A stretch of 64,000 nt of DNA, from the NCBI RefSeq assembly GCF_963921235.1, contig NC_086106.1:24986001-25050000 (forward strand), given 5' to 3'. Of the stretch, positions 24,432 to 38,594 are shown in pieces. The stretch is from Mobula hypostoma. Lineage: Eukaryota. Every line of letters starts with the position of its first letter. Within the stretch, counting starts at the first letter, position 1. The notes beneath the pieces were generated by a model. That model was not told where the DNA came from. It searched no databases and worked only from the letters and a program-made list of their open reading frames with translations. The position numbers and the translations under genes are program-made.

Positions 24432-24837
24432 TATTTACCCTTCTTGTTTTATTTCACTGTTTTAATGGAGGTCGGGATTGAGGACGTGATTTTAAGTTTA
24501 ACTCTGTTTGGTTTCAAATTAGCCCATTGCTCTGCCTTGCTTTTAGTTAGCTGCACGGTGGGGTTTTTTTGGGTTTTTTTTTTCTTTTTTTTCCATTGAT
24601 ATATATAAAATTTAGTATACTATTATTTTATCTTGGTTTCTTATGCTTAAATTACATTGTTTGTAGTATTTTCTTTTTGGTATTGTTATCTTTTGGAATT
24701 TTATTATATTTTAATATTGTATTAATGTTTATATGGCTTACCTTTTTTGTATACTTACTCAATAAAAAGATTTAAAAAGAAAGAAAGGATTCTCAGCAAT
24801 AGTGCAATTCATGAGTTTCCACTTTCCTCGGATATTA

Positions 24838-24884
24838 ACCAACAACAACAACAACAACAACAACAACAGCGACGACGACGACGC
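24838..24884. repeat. (CAA)n(CGA)n microsatellite
   Basis: caacaacaa…cagcgacgacgacgacg, directly downstream of the L1 tail. Confidence 0.9.
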
Positions 24885-26735
24885 CAAAACGATGAAGGTT
24901 TTTTTTAGGAGATACAGATTACAATTTTAATGCTGACGACGTGGGGAGAGGTTAGTCGACAGTTGTGAAGGAAAGCACCGGCATAAAATGTTCTACGATG
25001 TGTTGTTTTTGTGCACAGTGTAAAGCTTATTAACCCTGATGCAATTTGTTACAAAGAATCTGCTCCAATATTTTACGGAATTAGAGACACTGAAACAGGT
25101 CGATAGTTCATAAACTTTAAAGTGAACAGTGTTATAAGGAAAATAATCAATAAACGCTCGGCCTAATTGGGTTGTTATCTAAAACTCACTAATGGGAAAC
25201 GAGGCCTACACTGCGGCTGAAAAGGAAATCTAAACATTATCAGCATTCCGCTTGTCGTCAGAGCCAGTTGACTCGAAAGTCCAATTTCTCACAGAAGAGC
25301 GAAAGCAAATAGGCAGCGAAGCTTTGCTGTAGTCTGTCCAAGTCTCGGTAAGCAGTAGGACTGCAAGTATAGAGTTAAGTACTATCACGTTTAAATTCTA
25401 ATCTGGAATACCCCAGTGGCTGTGCCGCTTGACAATAAGTACTCCTGTCTGAGTACTGTTGGTGGGGGGCGGGAGGCGGGAAACAGCTTACCTAAGGGAA
25501 CCAACAGTGGCCGTGCCTCCGGCACAGTGTCTGGCCCTGTAGCTCAGAAGGGTAGGGAAAGGAACACCAGGGCAGTAGTACTGGGGACAAGATATTTAGT
25601 GGGTCAGATAGGCGATTCTGTGGAAGCAATCAGGACTCCCGGAAATTAGTTTGCTTCGCTGGTGCCAGGGTCCGGGATGTTTCTAATCGCGTCCAAGATA
25701 TCATGAAGTGGGAGGGTGAGGAGCCAGAGATCGTGGTAGTTATAAATGCCAATTACATAGGTACGAAAATGGAAGAGGTCATGAAAGGACAATGTATGGA
25801 ATTAGGATGGGAGTTGAGAAGAAGGACCGCAAAGGTAGTAATCTCAGGATTTCTGCCTGTGACACGCGACAGTGAGAATAGGAATGGAATGTGGTGGAGG
25901 ACAAATGCGTGGCTTACAGATTGGAGCAGGGGTCAGGGATTCAAGTTTCTGGATCATTGGGACCTCTTTTGGCGCAGGTGTGACCTGTGCAAAAAGGACC
26001 GGTTGCACTTGAATCCTGGCGGGACAAATATCCTGGCAGGGAGATTTGCGAAGGCTACTGGGGAGACTTGAAACTAGAATGCTTGGGGGGTGGGAATCAA
26101 ATTGAAGAGACGAGAAGAGAGGAGGTTAGTTCATAAATAGGGGAAGCTAGTAGACTGTGTGTGAACGAGGATAGGCAGGGGACAGAGAACGAGGGCACTC
26201 AGACCGAAAATGTAGTCGAGAAGGTAGAAGAAGATAACAAAGTTGTTGGCACCATTAGGGATAAACAGAGTGTAAGAGGTGGAGACTTTCTTAAATGCAT
26301 CTGTTTTAATGCTAGGGGCATTGTAAGAAAGGTGGATGAGCTGAGGGCATGGGTTGATACCTGGAAATATGATGTTGTAGCTGTTAGTGAAACATGGTTG
26401 CAGGAGGGGTGTGATTGGCATCTAAATATTCCTGGATTTCGTTGCTTCAGGATTGATAGAATCCGAAGGAGCATGAGGGGCATGTATTGCATCGCTTGTC
26501 AAAGAAAATATTACCGCGGTGCTTTGGCAGGAAGGATTACAGGACACGTCTAGGGAGCCTATTTGGGTGGAATTAAGGAATTGGAAAAGTGTAATAACGC
26601 TTGTACGGGTGTATGATAGACCCGCTAATGGCGTGCGAGAATGGGAGGAGCAAATTTGTAAGAAGATAGCATATATTTGTAGTAAGCACAAGGCTGGAAT
26701 TGTGGAAGATTCTAATTTTCCACTCATAGACAAGG

Positions 26736-27658
26736 TGTGGCGTGGTCCTGAATTACCCCTATGAACTGTGCTCGATTGCCCCTATGAATTGTGATTTTGG
26801 AGAGAGAGAGAGAGAGAGATAGGGAGAGAGAGAGAGAGACAGAGAGAGACAGAGAACGAGAGAGAGAGAGAGAGAGAGAGAGAGTGTTAGTTAACTCCAA
26901 CAACTTGTTTTTAAGAGAGAGAGAGAGAGAGATGAAGAACGCTCATAGGTTGTTCATAATTTCTTCAAGGGTATTTGCCTGCTTATACATTTCTTACACA
27001 GGCAAAGGAAGGAGGCGTTTTTTGAGAGACAGTTCATGCTCAGCAAGGGAAGATAAAGAGAAGGTCGGATGATATACCTCAGATACATGCTTTGGGACAC
27101 TGAATGAGCTTTGTTGTGCCCGCAGAAAAGTGGGTTTTTGGAGGATCGATCAGGCTGATTGATCAATGGCTCTTGCAGTGGAAAGGAAAAGGCAGTGACC
27201 GGTGAGGAGTTGTCTCCGTGTCCACCCTTGCCTGGTTGATAGTTCCACCACAGAAAGCCGGTCCTCTTTGCTGTGGTCACAGTCGGTGACTTTTAAAGGA
27301 TTTCGGTGGAAGACGAGAAGATCGACGGCGTCAGCTCACACGAAAACTCAAATCTCTCTTTCTCTCTCTCTCTCTTCATCAGTAATCAAATGAATACCAC
27401 AAACTAAACTGAACTTCACTCATCATCGTAAGACTGTATTTTTTTACCCCTAAACATGAAGAAGCTTGATTTCCATATATTTCCAAACTTACTGATATAC
27501 TTACTTATATATAATCATTACTAACATGTTTGGTTTATCTGCATTTATATTACGGTATTGCATAGTTACGAATAAATATTATTAGGTAATAGCAATACTG
27601 GACTCCAAAGTGTTTTCCATCTAACTGGTTCTTTATTCCCTTCACGGGGTACGTGACA
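26736..27658 (-). mobile_element. Solo LTR inserted in CR1 (contains GA microsatellites)
   Basis: TG…CA termini (tgtggcg…cgtgaca); CR1 sequence resumes in register (cataga|ctgggaaaccc); degraded 5-bp TSD caagg/ctggg. Confidence 0.6.
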
Positions 27659-28844
27659 CTGGGAAACCCATTCTGTGAAAGGGCTGGATGTTTTGGAGTT
27701 TGTAAAATGTGCGCAAAATAGTTTTTTTGCAGCAATACCTACAGGACAAACTAGAGAAGGGGCAATGGTGGATCTCCTGTTGGGGGATGAGATAGGTCAC
27801 GTGACGGGGGTATGTATTGGGGAGCACTTCGTGTCCAGTGAACACAATGCCATTAGTTTCAATATCATTACGGAGAAGGATAGGACTGGACCCAGGGCTG
27901 AGATTTTGATTGGAGAAAAGCTTACCTTGCGGAGATGCGAATTGATTTAGAAAAGTGGATTGGGACAGCTTGTTTAATGGGAAGGATGTAATAGAGAAAT
28001 GGATGTCATTTAAAGGTGAAATGTTGAGGGTACAAAATCTTTATGTTGCTGTTAGGTTGAAAGGAAAGTTTAACAGTTTGAGAGACCCGTGGTTTTCAAA
28101 GGATATTAGAAACTTGGTTCGGGAATATAAAAACAGAGAGATCCACAATAAATATAGGCAGCTTGGAGTAAATGAGGTGCTCGAGGAATATAAAGAATGT
28201 AAAAAGAATCTTAAGGAAGAAATTAGAAAAGCTGGAAGAAAATATGAGGTTGCTTTGGTAAGTAATGTGAAAATAAATCCAAAGGGCTTCTACAGTTATA
28301 TTAATAGCAAAAGGATAGTGAGGGATAACATTGGACCTTTAGAGATTCAGAGTGGACGGCTATGTGCGGAGTCAAAAGAGCTGAGGGCGATTTTGAACAA
28401 TTTATTTTCTTCGGTGTTCACTAAGTAGAAGGATATTCAATTGTACAAGGTACGGGAAACAAGGAGGGTGGTTATGAAATCTATGACGATTAAAGACGAG
28501 GAAGCCCTGGCGCTTTTAAGGTATATAAAAGTGGATAAGTCTCCGGCTGCTGACTGGATATTCCCTAGGACCTTGAGGGAAGTTAGTGTGGAAACAGCAG
28601 GGGCTCTGACAGAAATATTTCAAATGTCATTAGCAACGGGGATGGTGCCGGAGGATTGGCGTATTTGTCATGTTGTTCCCATGTTTAAAAACGGTTGTGA
28701 GTGTAAACCTAGCAATTATCGGCCTGTGAGTTTGATGTCAGTGCTGGGAAAATTAATGGAAAGTATTCTTAGAGATGGTATATATAATAATCTGGATAGA
28801 CAAGGTCTGATTAGAAACAATCAACATGGATTTGTGCGTGAAAG

Positions 28845-29794
28845 TGTCATGGTCAGGTCCGTGAAGTCTGTATTCCGGCTCACGGACTGGTCCATTGACC
28901 CTTGCTCCAGGTTTTTCTGTCTACCCTGGAACCACCCTGTACCTAGTTCCTTCCTGTTTCGTGCCTCCGTAGGGTAAGCCAGTCCGTCACACTGTTACCT
29001 GCGGTTGGTTCTGTTCCTTCCTGTCCCTTGCCTCCGTCGGGTAAGCCAGGCCGTCTCGCCGTTACCTGCGGTTGGTTCTGTCCCTTCCTGTCCCATGCCT
29101 TCGTCGGGTTTTGAACCGCGCCCAGCCCAGGAGTATCGCGCCCTGCCCAGGTGAACGGCGCCCTGCCTCGGAGGAGCCTACCTAGCTTCAAGCCTGAAGA
29201 CTCCAGTCTCCTGCCTAGCCTCAAGCGTGAAGCCTGCAGCCTCGCCTCAAGCCTCCGGCCTAGCCGCAAGCCTGAAGACTCCAGCCTACAGCCTCGTCTC
29301 AAGTCTACTGCCTTCAGCCTTGCCTCGCCTCAAAACTCACGCCTGCAGCCTGCCACACCTCAAGTCTCCTGCCTCCAGCTTCGCCTCGCCCCAAGTCTCT
29401 GTCCTCCTGCTAAGCCTCGCTTCATGTTTCCTGCCTCCCCCAAGCCTCGCTTCAAGTCTCTTGCCTCCTGCCAAACCTCGCCTGAAGTCTCTCGGCTCCA
29501 GCCAAGCCTCCCCTCAAGTTTCTAAGACTCCAGCCTCGCCCTGCCTGCCAGTCAAGCCTCGTCCCGGCCTCGTTCTTGGGTCCGAGCCAGAGGCAAGACC
29601 CAGGTACTGGGTCCTTGTCCAGTCTCTGGCTCGGAGTCGAAGCCCGGGCTCCGAGATCTTTTGTCCAGTCCTGTTCCGGGTTCCCGGTTTTCCTATCTAT
29701 GTCGTTGCCATCGCCCTGTATCCTAGTCCTGTACCTAGTACTTCAGTGTCTGTGTCTTGCACTTCGGTCCGTTCCCAGCCACCGCTTCATGACA
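28845..29794. mobile_element. Solo LTR inserted in CR1 RT, with internal tandem repeats
   Basis: Perfect 7-bp inverted termini TGTCATG…CATGACA; 5-bp TSD gaaag/ggaag (1 mismatch); CR1 RT continues across the site. Confidence 0.72.
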
Positions 29795-30879
29795 GGAAGA
29801 GCATGTTTGACAAATCTTAATGAATTTTTTGAACAGCTTACTAGGAAAGTTGATGAGGGTAAAGCGGTGCATTTTATCTATATGGACTTCAGTAGGAACT
29901 TTGACAAGGTTCCACACGGAAGGTTATTTAGGAAGGTTCTATCGTTCGGTATTAATCTTGAATTAGCAAAATGGATTCAGCAGTGGCTGGATGGGAGACC
30001 CCAGATATTAGTGGTGGATAACTGTTTGTCACATTGGAGACCGGTGTCTAGTGGTGTCCCTCCCTCAGTGATCTGCACTGTGTCCAGTGTTGTTTGCTAT
30101 ATATATATTCATGATCTTGGAGTATTCTGTACAGTTTTGGTCACTGAATTATAGGAAAAATATCAACAAAATTGAGAGAGTAGAGGGAAGAATTACCAGA
30201 ATGTTACGTGGCTTTCATCTCCTAAGTTAGAGAGCAAGGTTGAACAAGCTGGGTATTAACACTTTGGAGCATAGAACGTTAAGGGAGGACTTGATAGAGG
30301 TATTTAAAATCATGAGTGGGTAAGATAGAGTTGACGTGGATAGTTTTTTTTTCGAGTGAGTGTGGGGGAGATTCAAACAAGAGGATATGAGTTGAGAGTT
30401 AAAGGGCAAAATATTAAGAGTAACATGAGTGGTAAAGTCTTTACTCAGAGACTGGAAAGAGCTTCCAGCAGAAGTGGTTGGGACAGATTCGATGTTGTCA
30501 TTTAAAGTTAAATTGGATAACGATATAGATAGGAAATGACTGCAGGGTGATGGGGTGAGTGCAGGTCGGTGGGACTAGGTGAAAGTAAGAGTTCGGTACG
30601 GACTAAAAGATCCGAGATTGCCTGTTTCCGTGCTGTAATTGTTATATGGTTATACAGCTCATAATTAGCTGAGACGTACAAATTCACTAGTACAATTGCT
30701 GTATCTACCGCGCGGGCCAGTCATTGGTTCTGACACCCCAATTGAAAAATGGAGATAACAGATCTGATAAGTTTAAAGCAAATGTATTATCAAATTGCGC
30801 ACGTCTCACAGTTGTCCTTGACATTCTGATGTCTAATTTCCTTATTTGAGTCATCAGTGCATTGCAATGTATAACAATT

Positions 30880-31800
30880 ATGATGCATTGCAATAAAAAG
30901 TGTATATATAATAAACAAAAAAATAGCTGTATAGAAAGTTAGGGGGGAGATACTAATGGACTCTATTGGGCTCATGGTCAACACGGAAATCTGACGGCAA
31001 CGGGGAAACAACTCTTTCTGACAAGTTAAATGTGAGGACATATCCTCTCCGATGGTGGCTGGGGTGGAGTCTTCAGTGATTCATGCGATCCTTTGGAAGT
31101 ATCGCCTTTTGAAGGTACCCTGGATGCCTGGGAGTGTTGTGTCAATGATGAAGCTTGCTGTGTTTAAAATGTTCTGCCGTTTGCTCCCGTGCAGCTGCCC
31201 CACCATCCCAGACACAGATGCAACCAGTTATAATGCTGACCACTGTTTATCTCTGGAAATTACCGTGAGTATTTGATGGAAACGAGTTTTCAAGTTTCAT
31301 GTGACATTCCGCCTCTGTAATGCCTTCTTTGTAATTGTGCCCAGTATAAATCCACAGTACTGTCAATAGTCACGCATTTGAAATTGCTCATCCTTTCATT
31401 TCTTTCCCCGATAACGTTTGGTTTGTCTTCCATCCGCTTCTATTCCTGAAGTTCAAAATGAATTTTGGTCTTACTAAGAGTACAGTCAAGTAGCTGATCT
31501 CTATAGCTGCCATATGCCTCTTCGTCACTATCTGAAATTATGGAAACAATATTTTTTGGTCGTGAAATTTATCGATGGTGTTAGAGTTGAGCCAAGCCAC
31601 AGCATCGTGCTTGTAGTAAGGGTCGATGATTGGGTATGGTTGAAGTGCGGCAATGTTGCTCGTCATCAAGGATGAGATGTATGTTATTTCCAATGCGTAC
31701 ACCTGGTGGTCGCCCATTTAAGAGATCCAGTCCAGTTGCGCGGGGAGGTATTAACTCCCAGGTTTTGAGCGTATTGATTAAAGCTGAGTTCTGCTGATGG
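30880..31800 (-). mobile_element. Degenerate Rex1-like LINE fragment
   Basis: Nucleotide similarity to the 3' RT region of the other Rex1-like copies in the window; no long ORF. Confidence 0.45.
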
Positions 31801-34800
31801 CTGAGCAGAAAGGCATCCCAAACCTGATTTTTTTTTTTTTTAAATACAAAATTAAATGTGAAAAGGAAGTCTTAAGTACCGGATGAAAAGTTGACACAAC
31901 TGATTGTTTTATTCCCCAGACATTTTGTCTTATTTTCACTTGCGACAGAGTTGTGGTGACAATCATGAAACTATCAGGAAATATTTTTTTCATTTTCCTA
32001 ATTTAGAGACATTTGACAATGTTGCAGATAAGGAATGCATCATTTGAATTTTACATGATTGAAACTTCAGTACAGATATAACTGTGTATCAGCAGAACTC
32101 ATATCTTGAATGTGTTGATACCTGCATTTTGTACTAGATTTTCAGTAACTCTAGCCGTGGATATTCACATCTACCGGGAAGAAGCATAAACACCTGCTGC
32201 AGCTCTTCTATTTCCGCCTTTGCATCATTCTTGAATTGGGTAATATATTAGCAAAAAAAAAAAGCAGAACGCTGTATAACAGCAGAGCTCGAGCTCGTTT
32301 AGCGGGCTCTTGTACATCTTCGTGTGCAGGTTCAATCTAGTAGACATCTGAGAAGAAGATAGAAAATATAAATTCTCCCATATTCCGTGGTTTACAAGAT
32401 AACATGACGCACTGGGAAAGCCCATCCCATAGATTGCCCAGTAAGCAGTGTCTACAAACACTCGGTGGCACTGGACACAACTGCACAAAATAAACTCTGG
32501 GCTTTCTTCATGTTTCAAAGACGACTACACAAATAATAAACGCAATCAACTTCTCAATAAATTCTTAAGTTATTCAGAGAAAAGCTAAATTCGCAGAAAC
32601 CAATGGGAGACGAAAAAATATTGTGTGCGAGAAGTTTTAGCTCGTGTCTGATCTCTCTTATGTTCTGGATGATATCGATCAAAGATGATTACTGACTGAG
32701 ATTATCTCCTTTGTCGCATAGTTACTTCGTAACACTGCCTTTCATATTTCTGGCATCGTCTGACTCAATGTGTAAGCGCAGTTTGATGACAGTCTTCTCC
32801 AAGACGCCCTCCAGCTTCATCACCTTCGGTCACCGCCAAGCGTTACTTTGCAGATAAGGTTGACATACCAAGAATTTGATTCACTTTTTACATACCTTAA
32901 CCGGTTGCGAGCTGACCTTTCGAATCTTGCACCACGTTTGAGAGCCTTTCTTTTCCGTATGTCACGGTTTTGATACTAGTGGATGTCTCTTGTGGTTGGT
33001 TGCTTCAGACAGAGTTTGTTGTACTTTTAATCAGACAGTCCCTTTCCATTGTATGATTACAGAATTACAGAGTCGGGGAACGTTACTGTGAAGGTTAATT
33101 TCTCCTCGGTAACTTGTTTTTCACTGTGATAACCGACACTAATCTAAAACACTACTTTGAAACCGGAAGCTAGTCTAGAATTGTACTGCAATATTCGAAC
33201 ACACTCCGGCTACCTTTAATGACGCTTATTAAATTTAAGGTTGCAGTTTGTTCGAGCTGTTCATTGTGATTTCTTATTTATTTAAATGTTACAATGGGGT
33301 CATCAAAACGCTGTGGTACAGTTGCTTTGTAAAACAACCTTCCAAATAAAAAAAAAAGAACAATGTTTTCAATGTAATTTATCAAGGAGGTCGTGTTCAT
33401 CCAGATATGTTCCGGAACAGACAACAACGACAAACAATGTTGCGGATTCCAACAGAGAATGTAAATCTCAAAGCGACGGATCAGACCAATGGTACGACAT
33501 AACAGCAAAATATACATAACCATCCTTAGACTGACAATGTATCACAATAAATTTTGCACTGAACAAGAAAAGCGCTCTCCAGATTCCACGACCTCGATGG
33601 AGGGCGAACTCATCAAAATACATATTGCTGCAAAGCACTGTGAAAACAAACCCTAACGAATGTCTGCAGGCTTAATTGAATGATTTTTAAATATCGAGTG
33701 TTCAGCACAAACGCAATGGCATTCTCTTATATATTTTATTTATCTTTTTACTTTTTGGTCTTTTTTGACTATGCTCACACCAAAATTTGATTACAGGACT
33801 TCTGTGCTGTTTAACATCACAGAACATTCCGCCTCAAACATTACGTTACCACAGTGGTCAATACCAAATGATGAAATTTTGAAGGGGGTGACTGAATATT
33901 GGCGAAAGACGTGTTCATATTATGATCAGACAAAACTTCCCATCAATATCAGAAAGATGCCACCGTAACGTGATCTGACACAGCAACCATAAAGTCGCTG
34001 GGGATTTCAATTACCGACTTGTAAACACACTTCTGATATATTTATTAAACATGATGACTCTCACATCGATCTTTACTATACCTCTTCCCGCACATTCACT
34101 GGTAAAAATTGTCACCCTTTCTCATTGGTTTGCAGTCTCCTCCGTGTTCCATTCTCAGTCTGATGCTTACACTAAAAGCGAAAGAACATCTGAGATGTCA
34201 TCATTCTGTAAAGTACAGGGGTTCACTTTCTCAGAAATTGATACTTCCCTCGCACTCCTCTACTCCATTTTGCATCGACTCTTCGCCCTGAGAGGGATAC
34301 ATTTTCCATTGTACTTACGAAACACAACCAACACATCACTCCACGGAATTTCTTCTATCGTCCACAAATATATTTATAAGCACAATTTTCTCTCAACCTT
34401 TGCAATTTTTTCTGCTTTCTACAGGGATCACCCTCTCTGTGACTCTATTGTCATGCGCATCTGCATACGGGTCTTCATGCAGTCACTTATCTCTACCAAT
34501 GGAATATCTGATGAAATTGCCCATTCACCTCCTCGCTTACCACAAATCATGGTCATGGAACAGTCTTTCCAGATGATTCAGTAGTTTATCTCCCTGTTTT
34601 TCGAGGGAACCATTTTTTTTTTCTGACGCTCCAGGCGCGGCCTAGTCTGATGCAATGAAATCCAGCTGGGTTGGTAAGCTTCGTCGTGCATCTTCGCTCT
34701 GTCCCCTAAAACAAGTTCAAAGTTCAAAGAAAATTTACGAGTAACGTATAAACATGTCACCATAATATACTGTCAGATCATTTTCTTGCGCGCATACTGT

Positions 34801-34857
34801 GGAAATTCATCAACTGAAATAAAGTCACTGAAATATGGCACCCAATAGTGAAGATAA

Positions 34858-35017
34858 NNNNNNNNNNNNNNNNNNNNNNNNNNNNNNNNNNNNNNNNNNN
34901 NNNNNNNNNNNNNNNNNNNNNNNNNNNNNNNNNNNNNNNNNNNNNNNNNNNNNNNNNNNNNNNNNNNNNNNNNNNNNNNNNNNNNNNNNNNNNNNNNNNN
35001 NNNNNNNNNNNNNNNNN
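34858..35017. other. Assembly gap (160 N) abutting a (GAA)n-rich tract
   Basis: Run of N; purine-rich gaa repeats at 35018-35075. Confidence 0.98.
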
Positions 35018-38000
35018 CAGAAGGAGAACAGGAAGAAGAAGTAGTAGAAGAAGAGGAAGCTGATGATGAAGGAGAAAGCGGAGAATTACGTATCGAGAAC
35101 ATGAAATCAATAAATCCTTGAAAGTGAGTCGATAGCTTGGAGGAACAGCTAAGTGATGTCCAAGTTATACCTCTCTGACTTAGCAGCCTGATGATTGAGA
35201 GGCAAGATGGATGCTGCTGTCCTGCGACAACGATATGTCTATCTATGCTCAATGATGTCGAATGCTTTACTGAAGATGGACTTAGGTCTTTGAAGTACCG
35301 TTTGTAAGATGTTCCGTTTAAAAACTTTTGTGGTTTCCATATAATTCTCTGATGAAGCCTGTCAACATTACCTTAAGCAGAAGGTTGTTCATGTCAGATC
35401 CTATCTGCTCAAACTGAAGGAAGTAGAGGCGCTGCTTCCGAGGGGCAAGAAATTTAAAGTTGCTGATACTCTCTCCGTCTGACTCCCCTGATACGTTCTG
35501 GTACACGTACCTCTGTTTTTCTCCACCTGAAATCAATATTCAGCTCCTTGATCTTATTCGCAATGAATAACGTAGTATTGTCGTGACGCTATTCAGATTT
35601 CAATCTCCCTCCGTTCTACGTATTCGTTAAACTCTTGATTCGACAAAAGATATCGTCAGCAAATGTAAATATAGCAGTTGAAATAACATTAGTCATATAG
35701 TCAGAAGTGTGAAGTGAGTACAGTAGGGGGGCAAAGCACACAGACATGTAGTGCAACTGTGCTGATGGAGATTATGGGTGAGGTATTGTTGCTAATCCGA
35801 ACTGACTGGGTCTGCATGTGTGGAAATCGAGAAACCAATTACACAAGGAAGAACTGAGGCCTTGAAACGTTTTGATTAGTTCTGAGGAGATAATAATATT
35901 GAATCCCGGCATATGCTTAAAGGAATTATATTAATGACTTTTGACTTAACTAATTGGTTAGCAAAGAAAAATCAACAAGAAAGGGCACACTTTAGTTAAG
36001 CTGTCAAATGTTCACAGGTCGGAACTCAGCGTTTCTCCATATTCAGCAATCCTCAATCGATCATCGCTCCTGACATCACCGAATCACGGTCCCGCACCGG
36101 GTGGAATCATACGACCTGTTCTCTCCAGAGTCTTCTCTCTTCATCTCCCGGCGAAACAAAGCCCCAGGCCCTATGTTAGTGTCCCTCTCTAGATAAACTT
36201 CCTCTCAGTTCTATCATCCTAACTGGATGCAACAGATTCCTTTTCCTACTTTGTCATCACCAAGAACTCAAACATGCTCTAAGCAGAAGAGATTGCTCTT
36301 ACCACGGCAATATGCTATCACCCCCTCCAGAAAAAGAAATCATGTCTTCATAACTTCGAAATAATTTGTCATGGCAGCATTAATAACACAGTTTCCAAAG
36401 GAATTTTGAAAATGGTCAAAATCTCCAACCCATTTTTAATGTACTGACTTATCTCTCTGGTAGAATAGTTGTAACACTCTGCCCGGGGCTACAAAGGGTA
36501 GACTATATGGGGGTCTTCTGACAGTTTTAGAGGTCCTTATTCCATCATCTACTCTTCAGTTTCTGAAATTCTTGGGGGCACTACGAGTCCACATGGCGAG
36601 GCTTCCACCGATCAATTACTTGCGCCTTCTGGCAACTCCGACCGCTCAGCCACTTCGTTGAGCTCAGCTTCAGTTCCAGTTACGTCAGAGCCCAGCTCGA
36701 CTGCATGGTGCAGCTGCAGACCTGACTGAACGCTTTTGATGCACACGATTTCGACTGCCTCGGCGTGTGAAGTGTTGGAACTCTCTTCCTCATTTATTGG
36801 CGAGTTATAAGAAGGTAGCATGTACTACACCGTCATTTCCTCATCTTGCGAGTCCACATCGCGTTTTGAAGGGTGTGGAGAGGGCGGTTGTTATCCTTTT
36901 GCTGCTGGGTCTTCAGTCTCCCGACGTCGCCACAGAGCCCATTTACTAGCTGAAAGGTCCAAGTCAGGCTTTGGGTCAACACGGATCTCTTGTCTTACCT
37001 CTTCACATTTCACATCACATCTCACTCGAAAAGGCTCCGAAGTGCTAAAATAATATTTGCCACTTTTCTTTTTGTCATATTAACTTTTATCGCCGAGGGA
37101 GGTTGACCGCACAGAAGCTGATTTGTAGGGTGAGTCACTGTAGCAGCAACCGATAGTACCGCAGAGTCCAAGAAACGAAGCCTGGGCGCTCACAGTCTGG
37201 GTCCTTGGCTAGATTGTTGCAACCTCTATCTTAGATGGATCCATATCTACACCATGCGAGGGACTAAGTGCCTACTGAATTGGCAGACTTAACACGTAAA
37301 CGTTGAGAACTGCCAATTCAAGTGAACATTCCATTAGTATGAAATTATTAATATCAAGGTTCTGCAGCTAGGTGGGAAATGATGAGTTTTCACTGGATAG
37401 ATGGCATAGCTTGATCTGCTCATACTACAGTTACAGGAATCACAGAATACGTTCCCCAGCAAATAGTCCTTGTTTATCATGTAAGTTTCCCAGTTATACA
37501 CACAGAGTAGTCAAACAAAGCTATCGAAATAATTTTGGTTTACTGTTGGCAGACGGGGGTGTTAGTGTGAAGAAGATGCAAACTGCAGACCTGAGCTGCT
37601 CAGTTACTCAGAGCTAGTTGAGAAGGCCTGAAGTGATCGTATTCACTTTCAACGACTGTCAGATTTGTAAATACTTACCAGGACTGAAAATGAGCTTCAG
37701 TTTTCTGCTTATTTCATGACCTTATTTGGAATGTAGCAGCTCCATAAATTGGGGCAACTATTCACTCAAACGAATGTTCCTCAGTACACAGACAATGAGG
37801 CTGAAATGTCAACTGTTATGTCAAGGAACCTGAGAACAGAATACAACTGGAAATCACGGAAACTGCTTCATTCTTAAATATTATCGAGTTTCCTGTCCTG
37901 TTGCGCTCAATCTATCTAACTTCATAAGTACTGATTTATATTTATCAATTTACACAACCTGAGTACACAATATAAACGCCAGGACCTGATTACTATGTAA

Positions 38001-38594
38001 TGATTTAAAGGTCCATACTGTGCACAAGGGTTGCTGCAGACACTGAGCGTTTCAAGCAAATGTTTGCTGGAGTTGAAATAAAACTTAAATTATTTTCAAT
38101 GAACTGGTTGCTTGTTAATTCCACGTTAAAAAAAAAATCGATAACGATCAACCGCAACTGAAGAAACTGCACCGCAAAGCCACCAGTAACTGAAATGTAT
38201 TTTATTTCTTTCTTCGGGATAACGTTGCGACAGGTTTTCTATTTCAAATTTCCTTTTAGATTGTTTTTTTTTTATTTTTGAACGACTTGAAAGTTGAGCA
38301 ACAATTTCATAATATGAACAGAGAGATGCAATGAGCACATTGCCTTCTGAAGCATCCACATTAAAAATTTCAGTAAAGGACCTCAAAATACCAGATACAC
38401 GATATTATTCAGTGGGAGTGTGCTGCCTCAGAGGGTACAAGTCATTGAAATGTACAGCTCGCCTGACTGGAAGTGAGAGTAACTGCCGATTTAAGAAACG
38501 CCTTGGTATGTTCCTGTATCATCTCACCCTCCAGGGGTCGTTTACTCATTTTTGCAGTGACATTATTAGACGCAGTATCTGCTGAATTGTTTTG

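Larger units (their letters stand above)
18875..24786 (+). mobile_element. Near-full-length L1-clade LINE (ORF1 + ORF2), recently inactivated
   Basis: 5' UTR, ORF1, ~760-bp T-rich spacer, ORF2 (APE endonuclease, RT, CCHC), AATAAA at 24761 and A-rich tail. Confidence 0.92.
25410..30654 (+). mobile_element. Degenerate CR1-clade LINE (esterase-type ORF1 + ORF2) interrupted by two solo LTRs
   Basis: PLDNKYSCL…EPEIVV…DRLHLNPGGTNIL ORF1; CFNARGI…VAVSETWL endonuclease; NYRPVSL, YMDFSRNFDKVPHGRL RT; 3' tail ctgtaattgttatatggttata. Confidence 0.88.

Noticed and set aside
26791-27072. (ER)n-rich ORF
   Set aside because: Translation of a GA microsatellite inside an LTR.
28943-29820. Pro/Ser/Leu-rich long ORFs
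   Set aside because: By-products of tandem repeats within the solo LTR.
32711-33200. Leader-like ORF with a phase-1 GTAAGC donor followed by scattered V-like words
   Set aside because: Cys-Cys spacing is too long (~259 nt), there are many stops, no start ATG and no RSS; consistent with chance.
33122-33856. Isolated CACTGTG/CACAGTG heptamers (33122, 33850; also 13173)
   Set aside because: No nonamer at 12/23 spacing and no adjacent V/D/J coding features.
37675-37740. Minus-strand J-like end (KLKLIFSP G|GTAAGT)
   Set aside because: No G-x-G motif and no RSS upstream.
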